DNA of 22,915 nt. Origin: Thermodesulfobacteriota bacterium. Its GTDB lineage: Bacteria; Desulfobacterota_D; UBA1144. The stretch's first letter is position 1, and each line of letters begins with the position of its first letter. Below the pieces are notes generated by a model. That model did not search any database. It had not been told where the DNA came from and was given only the letters and a program-made list of their open reading frames with translations. The position numbers and the translations under genes are program-made. Positions 8,245 through 16,985 of this stretch are shown here, one piece after another. The stretch is from contig JAYYZJ010000006.1 of the NCBI GenBank assembly GCA_036340075.1, forward strand, positions 1 through 22,915. The letters are read 5' to 3'.

Positions 8245-8385
8245 GTGATTAAGAAACTAAAAGAACTAATGGATACATACAAATTAGAAGAATACGAATT
8301 GGTTGCCGTTCCATACATAATTGGAATATTTATATTTATTTTTTCTATAGTTGGCCTTGTTTCTTTGAGTTACATATTATTTTAG
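8245..8385 (+). CDS. Small single-pass membrane protein (46 aa; not in ORF track)
   Basis: Hand translation MIKKLKELMDTYKLEEYELVAVPYIIGIFIFIFSIVGLVSLSYILF; GTG 8245 (alternative ATG 8269) to TAG 8385; fills an otherwise empty gap. Confidence 0.55.
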   Translation: MIKKLKELMDTYKLEEYELVAVPYIIGIFIFIFSIVGLVSLSYILF

Positions 8386-8709
8386 CCAACTGATTAAAGT
8401 CTGAATAAGATTTTCTTCACTTATCTTGTTTCCTGTATTGTCTAAAAGACAATTTTCTTCTTTGTCTAGAGTTAAAACAAGTAATTGCATCAATTTTCTT
8501 TTTTTGTCATTAATAACAGATCCAACAACTATAAAGTTATCTTCTTGCCTATAAACGAAAATCCCTTTATTGGAATGATTGAGGAACAATACAGAATCGG
8601 AACTTGTTTCAATATCAAAAGAATGAATAAAAACAGCTCTGCTAATTTCTTCAACAAATATATCTTCGTTCTTAGCTGACTTTTTTAAATTATCTACAAA
8701 ACTAACCAT
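8377..8709 (-). CDS. Hypothetical protein
   Basis: 110 aa ORF with ATG start, typical composition, no conflict with neighbours; no motif recognised. Confidence 0.65.
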   Translation of the reverse strand: MVSFVDNLKKSAKNEDIFVEEISRAVFIHSFDIETSSDSVLFLNHSNKGIFVYRQEDNFIVVGSVINDKKRKLMQLLVLTLDKEENCLLDNTGNKISEENLIQTLISWLK

Positions 8710-8753
8710 TTCTTAACGTTAAATACTTATAATGTTATATTATATATTAACGA

Positions 8754-9089
8754 ATGCTTTTAGATATAGAATCTCCTTCGACTTTCATTACTAATGTGTC
8801 CACTTTAAGTAGAGCTACAAACAAACTCAAAACTATTAAATTAAAGGTTGTTTATAAGGATGGCTTTATTTACTTAACTAGAAAGAATAGAGATGCGTAT
8901 TGGTACAAGAATTTACTAGAAAACAATTACGCTGAAATAGAAGTTAACAATCGAATTTTGTCTGCAAATGCATTTGAAATGCTGAATGAAGATGAAAAAA
9001 AAGAGGTGTCAGAAATCAAATATGATGACGAGAAGAGTATGGAGCAAAGATATGGATTCAAGTTAATAATTAAGGAGATAAGAAAATAA
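8754..9089 (+). CDS. Ddn-like nitroreductase/quinone reductase family protein (split beta-barrel, deazaflavin-dependent type)
   Basis: STLSRATNKLKTI resembles the T.GRKSG..R motif, and AYWYKNL resembles the WY.NL motif of Ddn/FDOR-A proteins; degenerate. Confidence 0.6.
   Translation: MLLDIESPSTFITNVSTLSRATNKLKTIKLKVVYKDGFIYLTRKNRDAYWYKNLLENNYAEIEVNNRILSANAFEMLNEDEKKEVSEIKYDDEKSMEQRYGFKLIIKEIRK
9072..9077 (+). promoter_or_regulatory. Shine-Dalgarno AAGGAG for hflX
   Basis: 8 nt upstream of the in-frame ATA at 9086. Confidence 0.65.
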
Positions 9090-10741
9090 GTACAATTTTT
9101 GGAAAAACACAAAATCTTAAAAATAGTGAAAAAAAACTTCTACAAAATCTACTAAGAAAAAGAATATCTCCAAATCTATTAATCAGTAAAGAATTCTTAA
9201 GATATCTAAATTCTGTTCATGAAACTATAGATAAAAATATAAATATTGTAATCAACAATAGAGGAAAGATTGATTTTGTATTCCTTGGAGAAATATGGGA
9301 GTTAGAAAATTATTTTAATCTTAAATTTAGGGATAAACTTGTTTCAAACAATAAGAGATTAGTTTCAATAACCAAAAGAAAAACTTGTTTCGAGAAAAGA
9401 GACAAGGTTGCTTTTATTAATTCGAAATTTAGGAACTTTATTCTTATAGGAAGAGATTCTAAAGAAAATATCTTGTTTTCTCTATGCACCAAAAATAATA
9501 ACAAAGAAAGTAATCTGTGGTTAACGAAAGACTTTAAAGACATAAACGAATTAAATGATGAAAATTTTTGGACAATAGAAGATAATAACGAATCTTCTCC
9601 GGACAAAGATAGTATTTCACATACTAAGAAAGAAAGAGTTTATCTTGCTATAGTTGAAAATAAATCTAAAAGAGATTTAGATAAATCTCTTGATCAATTA
9701 GAAGAGCTATGCAAATCATTAGGTAAACAAATAGTTGGCTACAAAACTCAACTAAGAAAAACCTTTGATTCTAGAACTCTTATTGGCAAAGGAGTATTAG
9801 ACGAAATTTTACTCGAATCAAAATATCATGACGCATCAAGCATAATATTTAATCATGAACTGTCACCGATTCAATCTAAAGAAATCTCAAAATTAACTAA
9901 TATTAAAATTAGCGATAGAACAGAATTAATATTGGAAATATTTGAAAAGAATGCGCAATCCAAAGAAGCACATACACAAATTGAGCTAGCTAGGCTTAAG
10001 TATGAATTACCGAGAATAACGGGTTTTGGATATGTAGGAACTTTCAAGAAAGACTTCTCTCAAATTGCCGGGGGTATTCGCTCGAAAGGACCAGGCGAAA
10101 AGAAGAGTGAGCAAAGAAAAAGATATATAAGAAAAAGAATTAATATATTAGAAAAACAAATTTCTGACCTCAGTAGGAGAAGATTTCAAACAAGGACAAA
10201 TAGGGAGAAAAATGAGCTTTTTTCAGCATCATTAATTGGATATACCTGTGCAGGAAAATCAACATTGTTTAACAAGCTAACTAAATCTAATGTAGTCGAA
10301 AGCACAAAGCCTTTTTCTACATTAAATCCAACTACTCGAAAAACATACCTCTCAAATAATTTGGAAATTCTATTGACTGATACTGTAGGATTTATAAGTG
10401 ATTTGCCTGATGACTTAATTTCATCATTTAGAGCGACTCTCGAAGAAATCAATGAATCTGACATTCTAATTCATATAGTTGACTCGTCAGAACCAGATTT
10501 AGATGAAAAAATATATTCTGTAGAAGAAACTTTATTAAAAACTAATTTGATAAAGCATCCAAGAATTATTGTTTTTAATAAAATAGATTTAATTTCGGAG
10601 GAAGAAATAGAATCGATTAAAACAAAATACTCCCAACCTGTAATTTCATCCTTAAAATCCGAAGGGATTACGGAATTAAGAAAATTTATCGAGGATTTTA
10701 TTAATTCAAACTCTAGAAAAAAAGAAGCTGTTAATATTTAA
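9086..10741 (+). CDS. hflX: Ribosome-splitting GTPase HflX, long N-terminal form, predicted ATA start (551 aa)
   Basis: IGKG, DRTELILEIF, QIELARLKYELPR, GPGEKK, G1 GYTCAGKST, G3 DTVGF, G4 NKID. The frame is open back to TAA at 9071-9073, and the upstream translation ISTIFGKTQNLK...NNRGKIDFVFLG matches the long HflX N-terminus. Confidence 0.9.
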   Translation: MSTIFGKTQNLKNSEKKLLQNLLRKRISPNLLISKEFLRYLNSVHETIDKNINIVINNRGKIDFVFLGEIWELENYFNLKFRDKLVSNNKRLVSITKRKTCFEKRDKVAFINSKFRNFILIGRDSKENILFSLCTKNNNKESNLWLTKDFKDINELNDENFWTIEDNNESSPDKDSISHTKKERVYLAIVENKSKRDLDKSLDQLEELCKSLGKQIVGYKTQLRKTFDSRTLIGKGVLDEILLESKYHDASSIIFNHELSPIQSKEISKLTNIKISDRTELILEIFEKNAQSKEAHTQIELARLKYELPRITGFGYVGTFKKDFSQIAGGIRSKGPGEKKSEQRKRYIRKRINILEKQISDLSRRRFQTRTNREKNELFSASLIGYTCAGKSTLFNKLTKSNVVESTKPFSTLNPTTRKTYLSNNLEILLTDTVGFISDLPDDLISSFRATLEEINESDILIHIVDSSEPDLDEKIYSVEETLLKTNLIKHPRIIVFNKIDLISEEEIESIKTKYSQPVISSLKSEGITELRKFIEDFINSNSRKKEAVNI

Positions 10742-11643
10742 AAACCAATATGTTGTTCGTTTTCAAATTTCAATCTACCGCTTTTTATAACTTTAGTAGC
10801 AGAGCCTGATCTATTAACATCAAACAAAATACAATTTTCTTCACTCTCACTACTCCACCCTTTAACTTCCAAATTGTCTCCTGGCCACACTGGGCTAGAA
10901 AATCTTAAACCGACTTCTTTAATAGTTCCAGGAAATCCACCTAAATGATTATCGGTTATTTGCTCGACTGTCATTGCCATTGTGCACAATCCATGAACTA
11001 TTACACCATCCAAACCAGCCTTTTTTGCATGTTCAGGATCAATATGTATTTTGTTATTATCTCCTGAAGCTTCAGCATATTTGTAAGTTATTCCTTCTGG
11101 TACATGAAAATCACTATTCATAATTATTTCTTTTGTTTCCTCTTTTACGATAGGTTTTTTCTTGGGTTTTGATTCTTTTTTTTCACTACTCTTTTCTAAT
11201 TTAGAATCTTCTGCTCTTATAAATAACGACCAAGTAGATGTTCCTGTTTCCTTTGAATTAGAATCTTCATGGATAGATTTTAATGTAACTATATAATTTC
11301 TACCTTTTTCTTGTATGTTCTCAATTATGGCATGTGTAGTAATTTCTTCGTCGATTTTTAGAAGACGATTGAATTTCATCTGTTGTTCTCCATGGACAAG
11401 CATCAGCACATTCCTTTCTACATCCTCCTGAGTTCCATGCATCTCTTCGAGACTCCAGAGCTCAGTAATATGAGAAATTTCTAAGGCTACGTTGAACATA
11501 GGTGGAGCGAATTTGTTTATATTGTAGAAATTCAAAGGATTTTTAGATTCAACTGCATCAAGATATCTGTCAACAGAACTACTTTCTATTTTTACTGTTT
11601 TCTTTTCTGTTTTGTATCCTACAACTTGTGTATTTAATCCCAT
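10738..11643 (-). CDS. Double hotdog MaoC-family (R)-specific enoyl-CoA hydratase/dehydratase
   Basis: N-terminal LVHGEQ domain; C-terminal YAEASGDNNKIH...VIVHGL and RFSSPVWPGD. SD GAGGTG at 11656-11651. Confidence 0.88.
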   Translation of the reverse strand: MGLNTQVVGYKTEKKTVKIESSSVDRYLDAVESKNPLNFYNINKFAPPMFNVALEISHITELWSLEEMHGTQEDVERNVLMLVHGEQQMKFNRLLKIDEEITTHAIIENIQEKGRNYIVTLKSIHEDSNSKETGTSTWSLFIRAEDSKLEKSSEKKESKPKKKPIVKEETKEIIMNSDFHVPEGITYKYAEASGDNNKIHIDPEHAKKAGLDGVIVHGLCTMAMTVEQITDNHLGGFPGTIKEVGLRFSSPVWPGDNLEVKGWSSESEENCILFDVNRSGSATKVIKSGRLKFENEQHIGF

Positions 11644-11669
11644 AAGTTTGCACCTCTAATTATAGATAA

Positions 11670-12374
11670 TTATAAAGATTTAATTATATCATTAATTCTT
11701 TTCTTTTTATCTGGTTCTTCCGTTAGAGTTCTACCAAGGACAATATAATCAGCTCCTTTGCTTAGTGCCTCTTTTGGAGTAATGATTCTTTTTTGATCAT
11801 CGTTTCTATTTTCCATTCTTACACCCGGAACTAAAATTTTTACAGAATCACCAAAGTTTCTTTTGATTAACTCTATCTCTTCACCAGAACAAACAACCCC
11901 GTCTACACCACTTTTAATAGATAATTCAACTAGTCTTAGAACATTTTCATCAATGTTTTCTTCTAAGCCAATGGATTTCAATTGGTTTTTATCAAAACTT
12001 GTTAAAATAGTTACCGCAAACATTTCTGGCTTTGGTATCCCTAATTCTTGTTCTAAAGTAAGTAGTTCTTCTGATACAGTCTTAATTGCTTCAGGGCCTG
12101 ACAGTGAGTGTATTGTAAAAATCTTGGTATTTATTTCAAATAAAAATCTTAAAGAATTTTTGATTGTATTTGGTATATCAAAGAATTTAAAATCAAACAT
12201 AACTGAAAGATTTTTTGAATGAATTATTTCAATTATTTTTTCTGAATTCGGAAGAAAAGCTATTGGTCCTATTTTTACAATGTTCAAGGGAGGGGAGACG
12301 TCATTAAGTATGGAGCTAATTTCTTCTATATCTGAAGTATCTAATGCTAATATTAATTTGTCTTTATTGTCCAT
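11670..12374 (-). CDS. pyrF: Orotidine 5'-phosphate decarboxylase
   Basis: LILALD, VKIG, DFKFFDIPNT, AVTILTS, VPGVR, DDQKR, ADYIVLGR. Confidence 0.96.
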   Translation of the reverse strand: MDNKDKLILALDTSDIEEISSILNDVSPPLNIVKIGPIAFLPNSEKIIEIIHSKNLSVMFDFKFFDIPNTIKNSLRFLFEINTKIFTIHSLSGPEAIKTVSEELLTLEQELGIPKPEMFAVTILTSFDKNQLKSIGLEENIDENVLRLVELSIKSGVDGVVCSGEEIELIKRNFGDSVKILVPGVRMENRNDDQKRIITPKEALSKGADYIVLGRTLTEEPDKKKRINDIIKSL

Positions 12375-14064
12375 TTATGCACTCGATTATTTTTTCAAAA
12401 TCATCTTTGTTAATTTTTTCGCTTTTATTGTTAATTCTATTTTTAAATTCTATAGAGTTATCAGCAAGTGATTTCGGTCCTATGACAAGTTGAAAAGGTA
12501 CCCCGATTAAATCGGCATCTTTGAATTTAAATCCTGGATTTTCGTCTCTGTCGTCAATAAGAACATCATAATTCTGATTTAACAAAAACTGATATAATTT
12601 TTCACTTAATTCTAGAACTTCTGAGTTTTTAGAATCGGTTGGTATGATTATCACTCGAAAAGGTGCTATTGCTGGTGGCAATTTAATACCATACTCATCG
12701 TAATTCTGTTCTATTGCTGCTGCAACAACCCGACCTACTCCTATCCCATAACACCCCATGAAATAGTTTTTCTCTTTACCATTTTTATCAACAAATTTTG
12801 CATCCATTGACTCACTATATTTTGTTCCTAATTTGAAAACATGGCCTACTTCAATTCCTCTTATTGATTTTAATTTTCCATTTTTACAATTAGGGCAGCA
12901 ATCTCCATCTTGTGCTTCCCTGAAATCTCCAAACCCTTTAATTTTGAAATCTCTATCGGGATTAACATTTATATAATGTTTGTCAGACTTGTTTGCACCA
13001 ACTACAAAATTGCTTATAAGTTGTATTGCATTATCAGAATAGATATCAATATTCAGTTCCAAAGGTCCTGAAAAACCCTTAACTGTATCTAATTTTTTCA
13101 TTTCTTCAGCACTTGCTAAATCAACAGTATTCAAATTTCTTATTTTCTTATATTTAGTCAAACTAAGCTCGTGATCTCCTCTTATCAAAACTGCCTCTAA
13201 TCCTTGATCTGTTGAAAGAATCATAGTTTTAACTACATTATCTTTTTTCCTTTTTAAAAACTTAGCAACATCATCTACTGTAATCATCCCAGGTGTTTCT
13301 ACCAGTTCATGTTGTAAATAGTCCTCTTTTTCTTCTATCTTATTTTGTTTAACAGATGCAGATTCAACATTAGCAGCAAATTCACACTTGTCACAAGAGA
13401 GAATCAAATCTTCTCCAGTTTCAGCTAGAACCATAAATTCATGAGATGAACTTCCTCCTATGTTGCCTGAATCTGCTTGTACGGCTTTAAATGTAAGACC
13501 ACATCTTTGAAAGATTTTTTTATATGCTTCAAACATTTCATTATATGACTTCTCTCCGGTTTTCTCGTCAATATCAAAACTATAAGCATCTTTCATAACA
13601 AATTCTCTTGCTCTCATTATTCCAAATCTTGGTCTAATTTCATCTCGAAATTTTGGCTGTATTTGATATACAGTAAGAGGGAGATTTTTATATGATTTAA
13701 CTTCCCTATTAACTAAATCTGTAACAACTTCTTCATGTGTTGGACCCAAACAGAAGTCTCTATCAGCCCTATCCTTAAATCGTAGCAACTCTTTTCCGTA
13801 TACATCCCATCTGCCGCTTTTTTCCCATAAATCTGAAGGTGTGACAAATGGCATCATTACTTCAATTGCATTCGCCCTATTCATCTCTTCTCTTATAATA
13901 TTTTCAACTTTTCTAAAAACTCTTAATCCAGTGGGTAAAAAATTATATATTCCGGCTGCGACTTTTCTAATCATCCCTGCTCTAATCATTAGCTTGTGAC
14001 TTTCAGTCTCAGCGTCTGCAGGAGCTTCTTTTAAGGTTGATAATAAAAAATTTGATAATCTCAA
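12364..14064 (-). CDS. proS: Prolyl-tRNA synthetase (with editing domain)
   Basis: TLKEAPADAE, LGPTHEE, KFRDEIRPRFGIMRAREF, GIEVGHVFKLG, MGCYGIG; TTG start. Confidence 0.98.
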   Translation of the reverse strand: MRLSNFLLSTLKEAPADAETESHKLMIRAGMIRKVAAGIYNFLPTGLRVFRKVENIIREEMNRANAIEVMMPFVTPSDLWEKSGRWDVYGKELLRFKDRADRDFCLGPTHEEVVTDLVNREVKSYKNLPLTVYQIQPKFRDEIRPRFGIMRAREFVMKDAYSFDIDEKTGEKSYNEMFEAYKKIFQRCGLTFKAVQADSGNIGGSSSHEFMVLAETGEDLILSCDKCEFAANVESASVKQNKIEEKEDYLQHELVETPGMITVDDVAKFLKRKKDNVVKTMILSTDQGLEAVLIRGDHELSLTKYKKIRNLNTVDLASAEEMKKLDTVKGFSGPLELNIDIYSDNAIQLISNFVVGANKSDKHYINVNPDRDFKIKGFGDFREAQDGDCCPNCKNGKLKSIRGIEVGHVFKLGTKYSESMDAKFVDKNGKEKNYFMGCYGIGVGRVVAAAIEQNYDEYGIKLPPAIAPFRVIIIPTDSKNSEVLELSEKLYQFLLNQNYDVLIDDRDENPGFKFKDADLIGVPFQLVIGPKSLADNSIEFKNRINNKSEKINKDDFEKIIECINGQ

Positions 14065-14078
14065 TTTTGTATATTAAA

Positions 14079-15137
14079 TCAATTTAGATTTTTGATCTCC
14101 TCAACTAATATATCAACTAATTCACTTTCGTTGCATGACTTAAAAAGTTTCCCATTCTTATAAATTTGTCCTTTTCCAAACCTACCTCCGGCAATTCCTA
14201 TATCTGCATCTGAAGCTTCACCTGGACCATTTACTACGCAACCAAGTATTGCTACTTTTAAAGACCTTTTTGGCTTAAGATTGACTATCCTCTCCTCGGT
14301 TTCCTTTACCAATTTCTGTAAATCAATTTCCAATCTACCACAACCAGGACATGAAATAAGCTCTATTCCATTTTTAAAATGTCCTAAAGATTTAAGTATG
14401 TTGTTTCCAAGGATCACTTCTTTGATAGGATCATCGGTCAAAGATACCCTGATTGTATCCCCAATCCCTTCAGAGAGAAGGCTACCTATTCCTATAGCAG
14501 ATTTTACTGAACCGACTTCAAAAGTTCCTGCCTCTGTAACTCCAAGATGTAAAGGTATGTCGGTTAACGCAGCCAATTTTCTATAAGATTCTTGCATTAT
14601 TTTTACACTAGTTGATTTTACTGAAACTTTAACATCTTTAAAATTTAATTCATCAAGAATAGCAACATGTCGCATTGCACTTTCTACTAAGGCGTCTGAT
14701 GTAGGAGAACCATGTTTTCTCAATATATCTTTTTCTAAAGAACCTGAATTAACTCCGATTCTAATTGGTATTCCCTCTACTTTCATAGCGCTTACAACCT
14801 TTTCTATATTCTTTCTGGAACCAATATTTCCTGGATTAATTCTTAAGGCTTTAACTCCTGACTTAATTGAATCTAACGCTAATCTATAACTAAAATGTAT
14901 ATCTGCAATTACAGGGATATTTACACCGGCAATAATTCTTTCTAAAGCCTTAGCTGCTTCTTCGTCCGGGACAGCACATCTAACAATTTGACATCCTGCT
15001 TTTTCAACTTCGTTTATTTGTTTGATTGTTGAATCGACATCTCTAGTGTCAGTTTTGGTCATGGTTTGCACTGGTATTGGATGACCAGAGCCAATCATTA
15101 CATCGCCTACTCTAATAGTTCTTGTTTCTCTTCTCAT
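14079..15137 (-). CDS. ispG: 4-hydroxy-3-methylbut-2-en-1-yl diphosphate synthase
   Basis: VQTMT, IADIHF, LRINPGNIG, IRIGVNSGSL, LHLGVTEAG, ISCPGCGR, GCVVNGPGE. Confidence 0.98.
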   Translation of the reverse strand: MRRETRTIRVGDVMIGSGHPIPVQTMTKTDTRDVDSTIKQINEVEKAGCQIVRCAVPDEEAAKALERIIAGVNIPVIADIHFSYRLALDSIKSGVKALRINPGNIGSRKNIEKVVSAMKVEGIPIRIGVNSGSLEKDILRKHGSPTSDALVESAMRHVAILDELNFKDVKVSVKSTSVKIMQESYRKLAALTDIPLHLGVTEAGTFEVGSVKSAIGIGSLLSEGIGDTIRVSLTDDPIKEVILGNNILKSLGHFKNGIELISCPGCGRLEIDLQKLVKETEERIVNLKPKRSLKVAILGCVVNGPGEASDADIGIAGGRFGKGQIYKNGKLFKSCNESELVDILVEEIKNLN

Positions 15138-15149
15138 ATTACACTAAGG

Positions 15150-15168
15150 TTATTTTATAATAAAATAA
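15150..15168. promoter_or_regulatory. Perfect 9-1-9 inverted repeat in the ispG/sufT divergent intergenic region; candidate operator
   Basis: TTATTTTAT-A-ATAAAATAA, overlapping a TATAAT at 15156-15161. Confidence 0.35.
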
Positions 15169-15228
15169 GTCTCAAACAATGTAAAAAAATATAAGATTTA
15201 TTATTTTTATGTATAATATGAAAGGGTT

Positions 15229-15633
15229 ATGAAAAAGATACTATTTAAGAAAAATATCAATGAAGATAAAGGTACTGATAATTCATCAAATATTAAGATG
15301 AAATCCTTTAAAAAGGACAAAAAGGAAAATCAGGATTTTTCTTTTGATGAAGAAAAAGTGATTGATGCACTTAAAAATGTCATGGATCCCGAGCTTCCTG
15401 TGAGCATTGTAGATTTAGGGCTTATATATAACGTAGATGTCGTTGACAACAATATCAAAATACAAATGACTCTAACCACGCCCGGTTGTTCAATGGGTAG
15501 CATGATATCTTCGCAAGTAGAAAATACTCTTTATGCTTTAGGGGCAAAGAATGTAATAGTTGAAGTCATATGGGATCCTCCATGGAATCCAAACATGATG
15601 AGTGAAGAAGCCAAAATCAAGCTTGGCATGTAG
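15229..15633 (+). CDS. Metal-sulfur cluster assembly factor (DUF59/SufT/PaaD family)
   Basis: DPELPVSIVDLGLIY, MTLTTPGC, WDPPWNPNMMSEEAK; exact start uncertain. Confidence 0.9.
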   Translation: MKKILFKKNINEDKGTDNSSNIKMKSFKKDKKENQDFSFDEEKVIDALKNVMDPELPVSIVDLGLIYNVDVVDNNIKIQMTLTTPGCSMGSMISSQVENTLYALGAKNVIVEVIWDPPWNPNMMSEEAKIKLGM

Positions 15634-15636
15634 TAT

Positions 15637-16680
15637 ATGGAAAAAAAAGATAAGATTGCGAACTTACTTAAGGAAGTAAACTATCCTGGCTTCTCAAGAG
15701 ATATTATATCTTTTGGAATAGTTAAGGATATAGACGATTCAGGTAAAGAAATTGTAATTTCTCTTGAGCTTCCAAAAGAAGACAATGAAATTGCAAAAAA
15801 GATTACACAAGATATTCATAATGCATTTTCCAGAGAAGGTTTGTCGTTTCCTCAATTAAAATTTTCAATTTATGAGCATAAACAAGAATCAAAAATAGGT
15901 GGGTCGGCAGATCAAATTGAAAAAAATCCTAAATTACCTAAAATTCAAAAATATATTGCTGTTGCTAGTGGAAAAGGTGGTGTAGGAAAATCGACTGTTT
16001 CAGTTAATTTAGCTTTAGCTTTTTCTTCTTTACTTAACAACGTTGGTTTGATGGATGCAGATATTTGGGGACCGAGTATCCCTATAATGTGCGGAATAGA
16101 ATCAAAACCAATGGCAACTAAAGATGAAAAAATACTTCCTATTGAAAAATTTAATATAAAAATGATGTCGATAGGATTTTTATTAGATGAGGAAGATACT
16201 GTTATATGGAGAGGGCCAATGATTCATGGCGCAATCAAACAATTTATCGAAGATGTTGAATGGGAGGGAGTTGAAAATTTAGTAATAGATTTACCACCAG
16301 GTACGGGAGATGCTCATTTGTCTCTAATTCAAACCGTCCCCTTAAGTGGAGGAATAATAGTTACGACTCCACAAGATGTCGCATTAATTGATGTTAAACG
16401 TGGTATTCAAATGTTTAGAAAATTAAATGTTCCTGTTTTAGGAATAATAGAAAATATGAGCTACTTGCAAAATGGTGATCAAATTATTGATATCTTTGGT
16501 CGCGGAGGTGGTAAGGCAATAGCTGAAAAATTCGATGTTCCATTTTTGGGTGAAATACCAATAGATCCTGAAATAAGAAAGGGTGGAGACAGCGGTAATC
16601 CAATAGTTTTCTCAAATCCAGATTCTTCTACTTCTAAAGCATTTCAAGATATAGCAGCAAAGCTGGTAGAAAAAATCTAA
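15637..16680 (+). CDS. mrp: Mrp/ApbC (NBP35-family) ATPase, Fe-S cluster carrier
   Basis: GKGGVGKST, DADIWGPS, WRGPM, DLPPGTGD, VTTPQ, ENMS; N-terminal DUF59-like domain. Confidence 0.93.
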   Translation: MEKKDKIANLLKEVNYPGFSRDIISFGIVKDIDDSGKEIVISLELPKEDNEIAKKITQDIHNAFSREGLSFPQLKFSIYEHKQESKIGGSADQIEKNPKLPKIQKYIAVASGKGGVGKSTVSVNLALAFSSLLNNVGLMDADIWGPSIPIMCGIESKPMATKDEKILPIEKFNIKMMSIGFLLDEEDTVIWRGPMIHGAIKQFIEDVEWEGVENLVIDLPPGTGDAHLSLIQTVPLSGGIIVTTPQDVALIDVKRGIQMFRKLNVPVLGIIENMSYLQNGDQIIDIFGRGGGKAIAEKFDVPFLGEIPIDPEIRKGGDSGNPIVFSNPDSSTSKAFQDIAAKLVEKI

Positions 16681-16700
16681 ATTCCTTATAATATTATCTT

Positions 16701-16979
16701 ATGAATAAAGATGAAATTTTGATGGATTTTTCTAATATTATTCTTTCTTATGGAATGAATGCGACTATCCATTTAGGACTAACACCGGATCCATCAACCG
16801 GTCAAATATCCAGAGATTTAAATCGTGCAAAAGATTTAATTGATATATTAGAAGTATTAAAAACAAAAACATCGGGGAATTTAGACAAGAACGAAGAGAA
16901 GATTCTCGATGAAACCCTTGCAAATCTAAAGCTTCTCTATGTTAAAGCTTTATCTTCTGACGAAGAGAAGAAAGAATAG
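16701..16979 (+). CDS. DUF1844 family protein
   Basis: HLG..PDP.TG, AKDLIDILEVLKTKTSGNL, LKLLYV pattern typical of DUF1844. Confidence 0.8.
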   Translation: MNKDEILMDFSNIILSYGMNATIHLGLTPDPSTGQISRDLNRAKDLIDILEVLKTKTSGNLDKNEEKILDETLANLKLLYVKALSSDEEKKE

Positions 16980-16985
16980 TTTCTG

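Noticed and set aside
9090..9472. Long non-coding region or ncRNA/riboswitch before hflX, and the minus-strand ORFs 8927..9112 and 9310..9606
   Set aside because: The region is an open frame continuous with hflX; the minus-strand ORFs are antisense shadows.
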